Assembly (NCBI GenBank): GCA_017646325.1
Contig: JAGCMU010000038.1
Span: 1-47,906 of the forward strand
Reading direction: 5' to 3'
Length of the DNA: 47,906 bases
From: Kiritimatiellia bacterium
GTDB lineage: Bacteria; Verrucomicrobiota; Kiritimatiellia; RFP12; UBA1067
The notes under the pieces were generated by a model. It was given only the letters and a program-made list of their open reading frames with translations, made no database searches and was not told the DNA's origin. A program made the translations under genes and the position numbers. Of the stretch, positions 45,642-47,906 are shown in pieces (position 1 is the stretch's first letter; each line of letters begins with the position of its first letter).

Positions 45642-46505
45642 ATGGATAGAGAATTTAAAAAAGATCAAAAAGATTCACGCATTTTGATACATGCGCACAT
45701 CTTTTATTTGAATTTGTGGCATGAATTGCTTGAATGCATAAATAATTATCTTTCGGCATGCAAGGGAAAATATTGTATAGACATATTCCTAACTTATCCC
45801 GAAGGAGATAAAGAAATATTTGAAAAGCTAAATTTAGATTTACCAAGTGCAACTACTATTGCTACTTGCAACAGAGGCTATGACATTGGACCTTTTATAG
45901 AAGTTTTACATCGAGTAGATTTAAATCAATATGATTATATTGTAAAACTTCACACCAAACGAGATATTGATAACGCATGGGTAAATTTTAGATGCTATAA
46001 CGGAAATGAATGGCGCAAAGAATTACTATCTTTTTGCCTAACAGAAAAAGATGTATCTTTAACAATGAACGCTTTTTCCAAACAACCTGATTTAGGGATG
46101 GTTGCAAGTTCTAAGATGATTGATCCTAGCGGCATAGGATCCTGCCATCATTCTTCATTTACAAACGAACCTCTTAAAGAATTAGGCGTTAAAAAAAATC
46201 ATAGGACAATAGTTTGGGGAACTATGTTTATGGTTCGAGCATCACTGTTCAAGCCTTTTCTAAAATGGAACATCCATGATTTTGAAATCTCTTCAGGGAG
46301 AAATACAAGTATACATATAATTAGTGGCCTTACTTCAATCGCAGAAGGAGCCTTTGCTAAAATAGTAGAATCGCAAGGATACCGAATTTCTAATGGACGT
46401 GGGTTCGTTTGGATGGACAAGATAAAATCTCTTTTAAAGAAAATTCTTTTTACTCTTTTAAGATATATATTAGATGGAGCCCGGGTCGCGCGAACCGCGC
46501 GATAA
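45642..46505 (+). CDS. Rhamnan-synthesis protein F (RgpF)-like glycosyltransferase
   Basis: ILIHAHIFYLNLWHELLECI, NRGYDIGPF, YIVKLHTKRD, NEWRKELL and PDLGMVAS match the RgpF family pattern. The gene is visibly AT-richer than the upstream cluster. Confidence 0.7.
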   Translation: MDREFKKDQKDSRILIHAHIFYLNLWHELLECINNYLSACKGKYCIDIFLTYPEGDKEIFEKLNLDLPSATTIATCNRGYDIGPFIEVLHRVDLNQYDYIVKLHTKRDIDNAWVNFRCYNGNEWRKELLSFCLTEKDVSLTMNAFSKQPDLGMVASSKMIDPSGIGSCHHSSFTNEPLKELGVKKNHRTIVWGTMFMVRASLFKPFLKWNIHDFEISSGRNTSIHIISGLTSIAEGAFAKIVESQGYRISNGRGFVWMDKIKSLLKKILFTLLRYILDGARVARTAR

Positions 46506-47487
46506 AAGGCCCTTCCGGGAGCCAATAAATTGATAAGCCCTCGCCTGCGTGGGCGATTTTGATTATTTCTTCATTCAAATCAAGGCAGGCAGCACGGGCA
46601 AATTCTATATCCTCATTACCCCGTCCTATTTCAAGCAGTCGATGCTCTTGTATTGGCTTGAGAAATCTGCTATCAGGCTTATGACTATGCGAGATCTGAT
46701 CTGGGAAAATTTTTATAAGCTTAGCATTAGGCATTTTTAACAATGCATCACGCACAGCAATTTCACCAGGGCTGATAAAGCCACTCAGAATAGTATATCC
46801 CGCATTAGAAGCATCTATCATTCTTTTTACTACATATTTTAAATCCTTCACCTTGCGTGAAACACGCAAAGAAAGTATTTTATTTGAAGGATCAAGTAGC
46901 GATAATTCGCCAATAGCCTTCCAATAATCACAGGGATCAAAGCGCGGCGAAATAACAGGCTCATGAAGGTGCAAAAACTCTGGCTGATTATACCGAAGTT
47001 CATATTTCAAAGGATTGTAATTTATGTATCGTGCAGTGGAATCAATAAATCTCTCTGATAAAAGCAAATAATCGTGATATCCTTGTTGCCATATTTTATC
47101 CTTCTTCAATAATTTCCTCGCCATGGTGGTAGTATAAGTTTTAAATTTTCTTATTGCACTCCCCAATATTTTCAAGGGATTTTCAAGCCCCGAGGCAAGA
47201 TGCAAATTGAAATGAACGTGATCTGGCATTACAACATGCTCATAAACTGAAACTGCAGGATTAAATTGAGAAATTGAAAGAATTGATTCATCAACTATTT
47301 TTCCTAATGGCGATAATTCCACTTTTGCATTTCTCACCATTCCAAAAATCCTGCTCCGAGGCTCCGTTGAAATAGTAATAAAAAGAGAAGCCCCTCGAGA
47401 ATAATCATAACCGTGATAGCGGCGGTATCTCTGGATCGCGCGGGGCAGAGCCCGCGCTTCAGGACTTAGTATCTCAGGGCTATTCAT
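46450..47487 (-). CDS. RayT-like HUH/Y1 (IS200/REP-associated) tyrosine transposase domain with a ~130-aa C-terminal extension
   Basis: Start chosen at the ATG at 47487 (MNSPEILSPEARALPRAIQRYRRYHGYDYSRGASLFITIST). HUH motif VMPDHVHFNLH. IWQQGYHDYLL…ARYINYNPLK is the catalytic-Tyr region of REP-associated transposases. The track's 34 extra N-terminal codons translate REP hairpins. Confidence 0.7.
   Translation of the reverse strand: MNSPEILSPEARALPRAIQRYRRYHGYDYSRGASLFITISTEPRSRIFGMVRNAKVELSPLGKIVDESILSISQFNPAVSVYEHVVMPDHVHFNLHLASGLENPLKILGSAIRKFKTYTTTMARKLLKKDKIWQQGYHDYLLLSERFIDSTARYINYNPLKYELRYNQPEFLHLHEPVISPRFDPCDYWKAIGELSLLDPSNKILSLRVSRKVKDLKYVVKRMIDASNAGYTILSGFISPGEIAVRDALLKMPNAKLIKIFPDQISHSHKPDSRFLKPIQEHRLLEIGRGNEDIEFARAACLDLNEEIIKIAHAGEGLSIYWLPEGPFIARFARPGLHLIYILKE
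46486..46502. repeat. GC-rich hairpin at the convergent gene junction
   Basis: TCGCGCG-aac-CGCGCGA, a 7-bp stem, sits in an AT-rich context. Both convergent ORFs read through it. Confidence 0.6.
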
Positions 47488-47504
47488 GATAGAAGCTTTA
47501 GGCC
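47434..47504 (+). repeat. Direct-repeat copy 2 (71 bp); contains a REP-like hairpin and the transposase start codon
   Basis: Hairpin GCGCGGG-gcagag-CCCGCGC at 47438-47457 followed by TTCAGGAC. See copy 1 for the alignment. Confidence 0.9.
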
Positions 47505-47508
47505 TATA

Positions 47509-47572
47509 GTCCTGAAGCACAGGCTCAGCCCTGAGCGGTCTCCAGTCCTGAAGCGCAGGCTCTGCCCTGCGC
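47509..47572 (-). repeat. Two further REP-like units in inverted orientation upstream of the transposase gene
   Basis: GTCCTGAA plus GCACAGGCTCAGCCCTGAGC (47509-47536, degenerate) and GTCCTGAA plus GCGCAGG-ctctgc-CCTGCGC (47545-47572). The latter is the reverse complement of the unit at 47438-47465 apart from one compensated stem pair. Confidence 0.8.
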
Positions 47573-47585
47573 GGTCTGTGCGATC

Positions 47586-47906
47586 TCATAAATACCCCCG
47601 GATAAATGAAATAAATTCTTTTAATGTGTAATTTTTCATCACCGTTTTAAAAAGCTCTTTATCGCTGATTTTTCTGTTTTGTTGAATGAAGGCACGTGTT
47701 TTCTTAATCTCTTTCTTCAATGATCGTATTTCTTTATGCGCCCATGTATGCGCTCGCCAATTCATTGGTTTTCCGCGAAGGAGCTGGATCAATGAAGAGA
47801 AAAAACATCCAATTTCAAAAATCGGTTTTATTAAAACCATACCATGCATGCCAACGCACGTCAATAAAGAAAACCGGATATTGCGATAAAATTTCTTGAG
47901 GATATC
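47586..47906 (-). CDS. Partial CDS (5' end beyond the window end), unknown function
   Basis: The frame is open from the window edge (DILKKFYRNIRFSLLTCVGMHGMV…) to the stop at 47586. The track lists only the internal TTG-initiated part. No motif recognised. Confidence 0.5.
   Translation of the reverse strand, partial: DILKKFYRNIRFSLLTCVGMHGMVLIKPIFEIGCFFSSLIQLLRGKPMNWRAHTWAHKEIRSLKKEIKKTRAFIQQNRKISDKELFKTVMKNYTLKEFISFIRGYL

Larger units (their letters stand above)
45559..47504. mobile_element. Putative REP/RayT-associated cassette (rgpF-like gene plus Y1 transposase-like gene) bounded by 71-bp direct repeats
   Basis: The direct repeats lie 1875 bp apart. The interior is AT-richer than the flanks, contains a HUH/Y1 transposase homologue and has REP-like hairpins at both ends. 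Mobility is not demonstrated. Confidence 0.4.

Noticed and set aside
47488-47589. 34-codon N-terminal extension of the transposase-like ORF (MRSHRPRRAEPALQDWRPLRAEPVLQDYRPKASI)
   Set aside because: The repeated RAEP[AV]LQD strings are simply the REP-like hairpin units read in frame. An internal ATG at 47487 begins the conserved RayT-like N-terminus.

Overview
The window reads as a chromosomal segment from a Gram-negative bacterium. A PVC-group origin (Lentisphaerota, Kiritimatiellota or Verrucomicrobiota-like) is my inference from protein types, not a demonstrated assignment. All domain calls come from motif recognition by eye; no database search was run.

There are four blocks.

(1) 1-25546, minus strand. 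Nine consecutive genes all encode signal-peptide proteins, most of them very large. They are a C69/Ntn-like fusion that runs off the window and is missing from the supplied ORF track, a tandem CE15-like esterase, two ~1700-aa paralogues (CBM9-like plus GH42-like), a 1191-aa LamG protein, a secreted PIG-L deacetylase, two LamG-PATR-LamG paralogues that share a conserved C-terminal tail, and a TIM-barrel hydrolase-like protein. The block contains no transporter or regulator.

(2) 25.6-26.3 kb. This holds tRNA-Cys behind a long leader that carries a 31-codon basic ORF, followed by a 263-bp composite palindrome lying between divergent promoters.

(3) 26.3-41.2 kb, plus strand, housekeeping genes: a UxuA-SDR fusion, pgpA, an orphan family-5 SBP, NIF3, hisD, a cyclophilin, recD2, dus, a TAT-signal Gfo/Idh/MocA oxidoreductase, a repeat protein, DUF1015, DUF2062 and an M24 peptidase.

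(4) 41.3-47.9 kb. tRNA-Leu and tRNA-Tyr are followed immediately by a surface-polysaccharide gene cluster. Its distal part is an AT-richer cassette holding an rgpF-like gene and a RayT-like HUH/Y1 transposase with an unusual C-terminal extension. The cassette is bracketed by 71-bp direct repeats built from REP-like hairpins.

The candidates I consider most worth following up are the REP/RayT cassette, the giant secreted-protein locus and the 263-bp palindrome. Several predicted promoters share an extended -10 (TGnTAnAAT), and many gene junctions are ATGA overlaps.
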